Source of the DNA: Yoonia sp.
Lineage (GTDB): Bacteria > Verrucomicrobiota > Verrucomicrobiia > Opitutales > Coraliomargaritaceae
Direction: 5' to 3'
Length of the DNA: 32,174 nucleotides
Assembly (NCBI GenBank): GCA_047624095.1
Contig: JBLHPJ010000001.1
Location: forward strand, 1-32,174
Positions 8,436-19,188 of this stretch are shown here, piece by piece. The first letter of the stretch is position 1, and each line of letters opens with the position of its first letter. The position numbers and the translations under genes were made by a program. Below the pieces are notes generated by a model. It worked only from the letters and a program-made list of their open reading frames with translations, had not been told where the DNA came from and did not search any database.

Positions 8436-9167
8436 ATGTCTTTAATCAACCAGGCTCTTCGCAAAGCGCAAAACCAGCGCACGCCCAACCGTCCCGCTAC
8501 TGCCGCGGATCATGCAAACGACGCCAATCAGGGCTATAAAACCGCCAGCACTGGCAAGCCGGGACTGCTGATCGGACTCGTCGCGGGCATCGCACTCCTC
8601 ATCGGACTCGTCGCGGGGCTGACCATCGTCGTGCTCCGCAAAGAGCCCGCACCAGTCGCCCAGCAAGCTACCATCCCTGCAGCCGCGCGCACCACACAAG
8701 TAGGACCAGTCGCGACAGCCGCCCCGAGCCACCCCGCGCTTCAACCTCTCGCCCCCGCACCGCAAGCACCCACGCAAGCAGTCGAGCAAAACAGCCCCAG
8801 CGTGCTAGATGAGTTACGCATCGCTCGCCAAGCCGCCGAAGCCAAAGCCGCAACCGATGCCGCAGCCGCAGCACTCGCAACCAAACAAGCTGTCGAGGCA
8901 GAAGCCGTCGCACTCGCCGCCAAACAAGCTGCCGCGGCAAAAGCCGCAGCCAAGCCCAGCCAAGACATCATTCATTGGCTAGCGCAGGCGAAAATCTCCG
9001 GCGTCCGAATCTCTGGGAGCGCCAGCAAGGTGATCCTCAACAACAAGGCTTACTCCATAGGCGACACCGTCCACGTCGCCCTCGGCCTAAAAGTCCTGAT
9101 CATCCAAGAGAAGCGCATCCTCTTCACCGACGCCAAGGGTAAGAAATACCTCAAACAGCTGCTATAA
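8436..9167 (+). CDS. ExeB/GspB-like bitopic membrane protein
   Basis: N-terminal MSLINQALRKAQ, one TM helix, Pro/Ala-rich linker and C-terminal beta domain (ISG....VILNN..Y..GD); directly follows the ExeA-like gene. Confidence 0.7.
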   Translation: MSLINQALRKAQNQRTPNRPATAADHANDANQGYKTASTGKPGLLIGLVAGIALLIGLVAGLTIVVLRKEPAPVAQQATIPAAARTTQVGPVATAAPSHPALQPLAPAPQAPTQAVEQNSPSVLDELRIARQAAEAKAATDAAAAALATKQAVEAEAVALAAKQAAAAKAAAKPSQDIIHWLAQAKISGVRISGSASKVILNNKAYSIGDTVHVALGLKVLIIQEKRILFTDAKGKKYLKQLL

Positions 9168-9566
9168 CAGCACCTAAAACCGAAAGGTTTGAGCGAATTG
9201 GTTTAATAAAGGCATCATTATATCGGTGCTAAGATGCGTCATGCATACTTGATGCGTCGCCGTTTGCTCAAACAGAAAGAACAAGAAGCAATCGCCCTAA
9301 GTCTGAACTAATTCTGCTGGCATGATCGCGCGCCAATCTAAAAGACAATTTCATACACAAAATTGCAGGATTTATTCAAGCAATCGCGACCGCGATGCTA
9401 TAGCATCGGAACCTATCAATACGTCATATTTAAGTATTTCAGCCCTCTAATGCCGCTGAGCATAATTAGATTTAACTTTGCCATATTGGTGACTCATAAG
9501 ATTGCTACGCCATCTCCGACAGACCTACGTCGTGTCAATGAGTGTCCGTCGTAGTTTCTAAAATTG

Positions 9567-9594
9567 AACCTAAGCCTACTGCCGAATTTAGGTT
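9567..9594 (-). repeat. Dispersed intergenic repeat, copy 2 (28-bp left module)
   Basis: Reverse complement reads AACCTAAATTCGGCAGTAGGCTTAGGTT; with flanks it gives a 9-bp perfect inverted repeat TGAACCTAA/TTAGGTTCA. Confidence 0.85.
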
Positions 9595-9693
9595 CATGCA
9601 GAAGCAAGTTTGAGTAATGACTTGAACATCGAACTGTGGTTCGACTCTTGTTGGTCATTTGGTTGCAGATTCGGTTGTGAATGGTTGCAGGAG

Positions 9694-9920
9694 TTAGAAG
9701 TGCCGGTTGGCGAATTCGCGGCCGGAATGCGACTTTAGATAGGGCTCGAATTTGACCGCTATTTCTCGATTTGCGAAGGCATGAGCCCACTCGATCCGCC
9801 AGGGTTTGTATTTTGAACAGTGCGGCACCTCGCCTCGGTTGTGCTTGGCCAGTCGACGACTTGTTGCTGACTTGCCCGGGTGTAGTTCTGCGGAGACTCG
9901 TGGAGTCCGGCTACATTGTA
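9694..9920 (-). pseudogene. Decayed small GIY-YIG nuclease (YazA/UPF0213-like)
   Basis: Minus frame ending at TAA 9696-9694 reads RRLAKHNRGEVPHCSKYKPWRIEWAHAFANREIAVKFEPYLKSHSGREFANRHF*, the typical C-terminal half of the family. No in-frame ATG is seen up to 9960; a degenerate N-terminus (YNVAGLHESPQNYT) lies in another frame. Confidence 0.75.
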
Positions 9921-10035
9921 TTACGCTGGGACAGACTTCGTTCGCCGCAACAAGTTTGACTCGCTACGCTCGGGGCTCAGCCCTCAGCTGCTCCATCTCC
10001 AGTCGCGAGCGCTCCTGCCGTCGGACGAAGCCCCA

Positions 10036-10108
<73 letters not shown>

Positions 10109-10255
10109 CCAAGGGAAAGTTAAAAAAAAGGATATGCGTTCGTATCCGTCAATATAAAATGTGCGTTCGATGAAAAACACCGCACGGCTCGAACCATTTT
10201 AGGAGCCTGAGCTTCGGGTTTGCGCTTTGCTCAATTTCCCTCCCATGCTCGACAC

Positions 10256-11044
10256 ATGCTACGCATTCGTATTTGGCAATGGCCCAACCTCCTCGCACTG
10301 GATGCGGCGCTCATCGCGCTCGTCTGGCAGGCGGCCTTTGCGGCGGCGCTAGGATTTCCGGTGAGCACGACCGCTCCAGTCGTGCTCGGCCTGTCCGTCT
10401 GGTTGACTTACATGGCAGATCGGCTTTTCGATGTCGCCAGGCGTCCGGTCGAGCAACTCCAGGCGGTTCGACACCGTTTTGCGAAACAACACGCCCGCAA
10501 ACTGTGGACGCTTTGGAGCTGCACACTGATCCTGAACATCGGGCTCGCATTCACAGGACTATCAATCAACGAGCTCTGCAACGGCTTCATACTGCTGGCA
10601 ATCTGCCTACTCTATACCGGACTCAACCAGGCACTCTCACGGCGCTTCTTCCCCAAGGAAATTTGCGTCGCGCTGATCTACACAGGCGGCGTGATAGTAT
10701 TCCTACTCCCCAATGCGGCGCTCTGGGCACCGGCAGGCATACTGGCACTGCTTTGCTTGATCAATTGCTTGATGATTGGATTAAAAGAACAGCGTATCGA
10801 TGCCGCACTTCAAGTGAACTCCATGGCCCAACTGCCCACCCGCCTGACCCACGCCCTTGAGATCAGCTGCGCCCTCTCCCTATGCTTCCTACATCTAGCG
10901 TGGGCTCTACCCATCGGTCTATCGCTCGCTGCCCTGTTGATCATTCACGCCTATCAACGGCGGCTCTCAGTTGAGATATTTCGCGTGCTCACTGATAGCG
11001 CCTTGCTCATCGGACCAAGCATCACGTTACTCATCTATTCCTGA
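10256..11044 (+). CDS. Polytopic membrane protein of unknown function (weak UbiA-prenyltransferase-like features)
   Basis: About 8 hydrophobic segments; motifs W..Y.ADRLFD...RH.F and PKE. Start at ATG 10256. Confidence 0.7.
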   Translation: MLRIRIWQWPNLLALDAALIALVWQAAFAAALGFPVSTTAPVVLGLSVWLTYMADRLFDVARRPVEQLQAVRHRFAKQHARKLWTLWSCTLILNIGLAFTGLSINELCNGFILLAICLLYTGLNQALSRRFFPKEICVALIYTGGVIVFLLPNAALWAPAGILALLCLINCLMIGLKEQRIDAALQVNSMAQLPTRLTHALEISCALSLCFLHLAWALPIGLSLAALLIIHAYQRRLSVEIFRVLTDSALLIGPSITLLIYS

Positions 11045-11062
11045 ATCGAATACGATGGTGCA

Positions 11063-14000
11063 CTAAAATCTAGGCGCCAATACCACCCGAAATCCGATGG
11101 CATTACTCTTCGTATCGTCGCGAATCTCGTCGCGAGCAGCGCAACGCACTCGAACTGCAAAATCTTCCCAACTCCCGCCACGAACAACCACCCGACTACC
11201 TGTATCGCGGGGGCGCGGATCCACATGCGAGCCTCCAGAAAGGCGGCCACTGTATCGATCCAATGTCCACTCAGCAACATTGCCATGCGTATCATGTAGC
11301 CCGAATGCATTTGGCGCATACGACCCAACAGGCAAAGAACCGTAATGGTCGGACACCCTCGCCTCATGCCGGACATTCCCAGGATAGACTCCTTGAAAAT
11401 TCCCAGCCGAAGCATCTGCACGATCACCAAATCCAAACGGCGTTACAGAGCCAGCCCGAGCCAAATACTCCCACTCGGCCTCTGTCGGCAAGCGATACAC
11501 ATAACCGCCTGGCAACCGCCCGACTGCCTGCTCCTGGTTCGTCAACACCTGGCAATACTCGTGCGCATCTTCCCACGTCACATTATCAACCGGCAAACTC
11601 GCAGCAGTCACTGAAGCAGGATTTTGCTCCATTACTTTGTAATACTGCGCCCGAGTCACCTCATACATTCCAGCCCAAAAACCCTGACTCAAACGAACCT
11701 GAGCCTGAGGCCCCTCATTGGGCAAGCGCCCTGACTCCTGAATCGGACTGCCCATAGAGAATTGCCCCGCCTCGATCCACGACAGCTTCAATACGATGTA
11801 GGGCAGCGTCCAGCCGGATCCAACTTCTGGCCCGGGAATCGGAACTGGTGTGACATCCCACACGACGCGCTCGTTTGGCTTTAGCTTAAAGCGACGCACC
11901 ATCGTAAGGTTATCTTTAATACGCAACTCGACCTCAACACGTTGATTCACTGCCACTGGAATCTCGTCCTCAACCACATCAATGTTTTTTGTATTCACAT
12001 GAACATCCACTTCCAAGCCTTTAGGCAGTGCCAACTCGACCCAACCAGGCAATGGACTCATCACATAGGTCAGGGTCTGATCCTCCCGATCCGCCACCGT
12101 GACAGATCGTAGCTCTGAAGTGTAAACAGGGTGCAGCAACTGCACCGCATGTGCACCTTCCGGCACCACTTGTAGTTGCGCCGCATCCAGCTGCAATTGC
12201 TGCCCGTCGAGTGCCACCTTCAAGTCTCCCATTAGGCTGGCGACGTCGCGCTGGGGTGTCTGCGTAAATGTAACGGAAAAATCCAGTGCCGCAGAACAAC
12301 CGACCAATTCACCAAAATCGACCAATTCATACTCGCCGCGATCCAATTGAATACGACGCTCGACAGACCGATAACCGTCACGCGTGACGACCACCAGATA
12401 GCTACCACTCCCGGCTGGAGCATCGATCGCAACAGGCGAACGCCCCACCTCGACGTCGTTGACCAAAACACGAGCGCCTGTTGGTTGCGTGCGCACCGTT
12501 AACCCCGACGGCAACTCAACCAATGCAGCCTCCACCAACTCGCCGCTTAGATCCTCCACGATCAGAGGCGAATAACCCACTTTCCGAATCACAATACGAT
12601 ATGCGCCGGAAAATTCACCGCGTTTCAAAGTAAATCGTCCCTCGGCACCTGTCATACCGAGTTCCATTCCCAGCCCCTCCTCATTCAGCATTACAATACT
12701 CGCACCAGCATTCGTCTGAATCTCCAGATCCGTGAACGCTTCTTCCAGCTCAACGTCTATCGCAGGCAAGGCGACCTCCCCGACAGTCACAGACAACTGC
12801 TGCTCAACATACTGAGGAGCTGTAATGCTCACATCATAATCCCCCGGCTGCACCACCAGGTCCAACTTGCCCGACTTAGCGCGGAACACGCCCGCGACAC
12901 CCACAAAGCGAACCTGCGACTCCACGGGCTTGAGACTCATGCTAAAATTAGGCGTCGCACCATCAGTCGCCACGACAATCGCCGACGGCGCGCTCGGCTC
13001 TTCCTTAAACAACGAATGTAAAAAGGATGCTGCCAATGCAGTCACAGTCACGCCGATCAGACCAATCACTGACAATCGATAGATTCGAGTCGCCAACTCA
13101 CCGCGCGCCACGATTCCCTTTGGAACGTGAATACAGTCAATCTGGCGCTGAATCAATCCAGCACCCACTGACTCGATCTCTTTTTCCGTTTCCTTCAGAT
13201 CGAGTAAAACACTCTTACACGTTTGATAACGATCTTCACTACTTCGCTTGAGAGCCTTCTCAAGAAGCGTATCCCATCCCTGCGGCAAGTCCTGAACCAA
13301 CGCTGACGGAGCCTTATATTGCGATAGATCCACCTTCAGCCCAGTCAAAAGCCAATACGCGATATAGCCCGAAGCAAAAATATCGACTCGAGAGTCTTCA
13401 GCAATGCCGCTCCGATACTCAGGACTCATGACATCAAACGAATCGATTCTCGCAGGAGCCTCATTCGCAACCAAAGGACAGACCGACGCAGATACGATCG
13501 ACTCAAATAATTCGCTGCCCAAGGTCGCCTTCACTCCCATACCAAGGATCTGAATCGAGCCATCCGCCTTGATGAAGATCAGGTCCGTATCCATATCGCG
13601 ATGATCTACGCCCTGCGCATGCGCATAGCCTAACAGCCCTAACAATCGCGCCACGATAAGAGTCGTCTCCTCCACTCCGATTCCGACCTCACCAGGCTGA
13701 GCATGCTCCGCAAAATACTCACTCAGACTCTTCCCTTGGACGGAATCCATGAAAATGCAGTGCCGGTCATTCAACTCGGCACAATCCTGAATCATAGGGA
13801 TGCCTTCGAGGTCAATCGTTCGGATCGCCGCCTGCAAGCCCTCCAAACGCTTGAAAAACTTCGTATCCTCCATCGTTCGGGGATGGAGGATGCACACCGT
13901 CACATCATGCAAATCACGCACATGCTGCATCTGGTAATAATCCGCCAACAAACTCGAACCAACGCAGCGCACCACACGAAAATTACCGAAATTTTCTCCG

Positions 14001-14080
14001 GGTTTGAGAAGCCGTTTTTCCAAGCGTTCTTGTTTTGAATCAGCTGAAGCCGACCCAGACTGCGTGTCCTCGTTATCCAT
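11063..14080 (-). CDS. Membrane protein: Hanks-type kinase-like (pseudokinase) domain, TM helix, PEGA repeats and FGE-sulfatase (SUMF1) domain
   Basis: Kinase subdomains HRD, MSPE, D.RVDIF..G, W..L..K.L......RY; TM LSVIGLIGVTVTALAASFL; PEGA LTVRTQPTGARVLVN..EVGRSP; FGE motifs F.MGS, RLPTEAEWEY.AR, GNVAEW, RGGSW, GFRVV. Confidence 0.88.
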   Translation of the reverse strand: MDNEDTQSGSASADSKQERLEKRLLKPGENFGNFRVVRCVGSSLLADYYQMQHVRDLHDVTVCILHPRTMEDTKFFKRLEGLQAAIRTIDLEGIPMIQDCAELNDRHCIFMDSVQGKSLSEYFAEHAQPGEVGIGVEETTLIVARLLGLLGYAHAQGVDHRDMDTDLIFIKADGSIQILGMGVKATLGSELFESIVSASVCPLVANEAPARIDSFDVMSPEYRSGIAEDSRVDIFASGYIAYWLLTGLKVDLSQYKAPSALVQDLPQGWDTLLEKALKRSSEDRYQTCKSVLLDLKETEKEIESVGAGLIQRQIDCIHVPKGIVARGELATRIYRLSVIGLIGVTVTALAASFLHSLFKEEPSAPSAIVVATDGATPNFSMSLKPVESQVRFVGVAGVFRAKSGKLDLVVQPGDYDVSITAPQYVEQQLSVTVGEVALPAIDVELEEAFTDLEIQTNAGASIVMLNEEGLGMELGMTGAEGRFTLKRGEFSGAYRIVIRKVGYSPLIVEDLSGELVEAALVELPSGLTVRTQPTGARVLVNDVEVGRSPVAIDAPAGSGSYLVVVTRDGYRSVERRIQLDRGEYELVDFGELVGCSAALDFSVTFTQTPQRDVASLMGDLKVALDGQQLQLDAAQLQVVPEGAHAVQLLHPVYTSELRSVTVADREDQTLTYVMSPLPGWVELALPKGLEVDVHVNTKNIDVVEDEIPVAVNQRVEVELRIKDNLTMVRRFKLKPNERVVWDVTPVPIPGPEVGSGWTLPYIVLKLSWIEAGQFSMGSPIQESGRLPNEGPQAQVRLSQGFWAGMYEVTRAQYYKVMEQNPASVTAASLPVDNVTWEDAHEYCQVLTNQEQAVGRLPGGYVYRLPTEAEWEYLARAGSVTPFGFGDRADASAGNFQGVYPGNVRHEARVSDHYGSLPVGSYAPNAFGLHDTHGNVAEWTLDRYSGRLSGGSHVDPRPRDTGSRVVVRGGSWEDFAVRVRCAARDEIRDDTKSNAIGFRVVLAPRF

Positions 14081-14089
14081 TCAGTATGA

Positions 14090-14647
14090 TCAATCTTTAG
14101 CGAAAAAGTCTTTGACCGACTGCACGATCGTCTCAACAGAAGCTAGCTTGCCATCGCCCTCATAACCACAAGCAAGCATGCCACTTTGTGGCGCAATAAA
14201 ATGATACCCGCGCGAACGAAGGGTCTCAATATTCGCCTGCGTCGCCGCATGCGCCAACATTTTGCCATTCATCGCAGGTGCAAGCATCACCGGCGCGGGC
14301 GTCGCCAAATGAATCGACGAGAGCAGATCCGGAGCAAGCCCTTGAGCAAACAATGCGAGACAATGCGCCGTAGCCGGAGCGACCAACAGCAGATCTGCCT
14401 GATCCGCCAGCTCGATATGCCCAGGCTGCCAACCTTCGCCCTCTTTCCACATGTCCGATGCCACAGGATTGCGCGAGAGCACTTGCAAAGTAAGCGGCTG
14501 TATAAAACGACAGGCAGACGCTGTCATCACCGGAAACACCTTCGCCCCCGCTTCGGTCAAGCGACTAGTAATATCCGCAGCCTTATACGCCGCAATCGAT
14601 CCGGTAACACCCAAGATAATAGTGCGATTTTTTAAGTTTAAATTCAT
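14090..14647 (-). CDS. coaC: Phosphopantothenoylcysteine decarboxylase (stand-alone HFCD flavoprotein)
   Basis: LGVTGSIAAYKA, HIELAD.AD, APATA, PAMN, LACG..GDGKLA; ends before any CoaB domain. The start (14647 vs 14662) is uncertain. Confidence 0.85.
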   Translation of the reverse strand: MNLNLKNRTIILGVTGSIAAYKAADITSRLTEAGAKVFPVMTASACRFIQPLTLQVLSRNPVASDMWKEGEGWQPGHIELADQADLLLVAPATAHCLALFAQGLAPDLLSSIHLATPAPVMLAPAMNGKMLAHAATQANIETLRSRGYHFIAPQSGMLACGYEGDGKLASVETIVQSVKDFFAKD

Positions 14648-14993
14648 ATATGCCGCAGTCATGGAAATCTGAAAGGAATACCCCTCACAAACAAGACTCA
14701 AGTAATACACACTCGACAGTGCTCGAAGCAAGCACGCGCTTGACAGAGCGTAAAACCAATGAATGCTCACAACCGATGCACGTTTTATTCGTAGAGACGA
14801 CACTCCTCAGAGGAGCACGAACACTGCTCCCTGAGGGGATATGAAGTAATACGTCTGCGGGCTGAATGCCCGCCTATAATAGTCAAGCGAGTCAATGCTC
14901 CCACCACTAAAGCCCGAAGCGCCGAACAAAAGCACGCGCCTCGCACGCCCGAAATAAACCTTCTAGTATCCAACCCATTTCCATTACACGACC

Positions 14994-16691
<1,698 letters not shown>

Positions 16692-19188
16692 TCATTAGAT
16701 CCTGACTTCCTTCGATTAAGCGCTGCATTCCTACCAGTTTACAGCGCTCGCCCGATACGCTCTGCCCCTCCGGCACCACGCCTAAGATGGCCAGTGGACG
16801 CTGCATTTTTGGCGCTGAAAAAATCTTTCGGGAAAGTTCAAGCCCCGCGCCCTCATTCGCCATTCCAATAAAGACGATCTGATAACGCCGACGCTGGAAG
16901 GCGCTCTCACTTAAATCATACTGCTGCAAATGATGTGGCGCATACCCCAACCGACGGCAAGTCTTCAACAGACCTCTCACCTCATCTCGATCCCCCACGA
17001 CTAAGATATTACAAGGATGCTGTTCAACGATGCGCTCGGTTTGCCGAACGTCCCGAGTCGGATTAGACGTATCAGTCTCATCGATCAACTTGGTCCGCAC
17101 GACGAAGCCAAAGAGAGCACCACAGCCCTCGCGACTCTCCACCCAGATCTGCCCACCCATCGCTTCGACTAGGCGCTTACAGATCGCGAGGCCCAAGCCC
17201 GTGCCACCATACTTACGCGTCGTCGATGTATCCACTTGGCTAAATGCCTCGAAGAGCGAATCCTGACGATTTATTGGAATGCCAATGCCACTGTCGCAGA
17301 CCACGACCTCTAAATAATCATGGTCGAGTTGATCCAAATAGCCGATCGGCTCCAGGTTGTCAGGGCGTCGTTCTCGCCGCAATTCACTCAAATTCACCGG
17401 CCTCACCGCAATCTCAACGTTGCCCGAATCTGTAAACTTCAGTGCATTCGCCAATAGGTTTTGCACCACCTGCCGCAGTCGCTCCAGATCGCCCACCACA
17501 AACTCGGGCAACGACGGGGCAATCGACAACTGCAGTGTCACATTTCGCTCCGCTGCCCGCGCCTTGAAAAGCTTCACACAATCCTCAAAGCATAGATGCA
17601 GCGGAAACTCCTGCATCTCCAGATCCAAACGTCCCGCCTCGATCTTCGAAAAATCTAAAATATCATTCACCAGTAGCAACAAGCTCTTGCCACTCGAATA
17701 AATCGTCTCCGACAAATCCAACTGCTCCTCATCCAAACCACTCTCATTTAAGAAACTGGATAATCCAATAATCGCATTCAGAGGCGTGCGAATCTCATGT
17801 GATATCGTTGCGATAAAGTGGCTCTTCGCCTGATTACCCGCCTCCGCACGCTCCTTAGCGAGCTTGAGGTCAAGCTCGATTTTCTTACGCGTAGAGATGT
17901 CCTGCATCGTCCCCATCATACCGGTTAACCGGCCCACCACATCACGATCCTGCACAATCACACGGTCTTGTACCCAGATGTAATCGCTCGCCCCCTTACG
18001 GATACGGTAATCGATCTCCAGCTGTTTCGTGCCATTCAGAAGAAAGTTCATATACGCTCCCAAGACACGTTCGCGATCATCGGGATGGATGCGCCCCTGC
18101 CACTCTTTCCGCTCATTTTCCACATTCACGACATCCACTTCTAGAATACGATACCAATTCTTATCTCGGTAGATCTCTCGAGTGCTCAAACCCTGCTCCC
18201 AGAAGCCCATTCCCACAGTATCCAACGCCATTCGCAAGCGGTGCTCACTCATTCGAATCTGCTCTTCATAGAGACGCAATGCAGTTTCATCGACCAATAG
18301 CGACAAAGTCCCAACCCCTGCAAAGTCATCAATATAAACCCTCAACGTGAGCAATGTCATCGAGCATGGGCGATCATGATTATCCACCAAATCGACTTGC
18401 TTATAGCGGATCGCACCATCATCCGAGTTTAGCAACTCCTGCCGTTCAGCCTCCCACTCTTCGCCGAGATCCACCGGCGCCTCCTGAGAATCCGAGTCCA
18501 TGATCTCCTCCACAGTCGAGGTTGAGAAACTCGCCCAACGCTCATTCGCGAACACCGTCTGCCCCTCCGGCGCACGCACCCACACACCAATCGGCAAGGC
18601 ATCCAACACCCGACGCATCAAGAACTCACGTTCAGTCGCAATCTCTGCGCTGCGTAAATGATACCCCGCAACAATTGCACAAAAGAAGATCGCCGAGATG
18701 AACAAAACCAACAAGCCCACCGCGAACTGCAGATGGTCTCCAAAAGACCCCACTCCAAACGCGCCCAATCCACGCACCCACGCATACAGCACCGCTAGCA
18801 GTAACATCGCCGAGATTCCCAAAGCACCTGCGAATCGCAACCGCAAGCCCGCTCCAATCGCGATGACCAGCGCAAACGGCAGCATCAACGGCTCTAAAGC
18901 ACCTCCATACCCCATCGAATCAAAGACCAACACCATAAACAAAGGAAACACCACAAAAACGCCCCCCCACTCGGCCTTACCAAAATAGCCAGTGCTCGTT
19001 TTCTCTGAGACGGTCGGTTCTGGCACCTTTATTTGTTTCATATATTGCTGATCTTGACAAATTATCGGAAAACAAAGCATTCAAGATAAGCGAACATTCC
19101 GCAAGCCTTTAGCCACACGTAGTTATTAGGCTCTCGACCGCTCCACCGAGGTTGAACAGGACGCTCCAACCAATAAACTCCAATCATT

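Noticed and set aside
8568-8619. Direct repeat ATCGGACTCGTCGCGGG in the ExeB-like gene
   Set aside because: In-frame duplication encoding LLIGLVAG twice within the TM helix; a local coding duplication, not an element
11063-11200. FGE/CLec-type C-terminus (RGGSW...GFR) as a diversity-generating retroelement target
   Set aside because: No template-repeat copy of this region and no reverse transcriptase seen in the window; a remote DGR cannot be excluded
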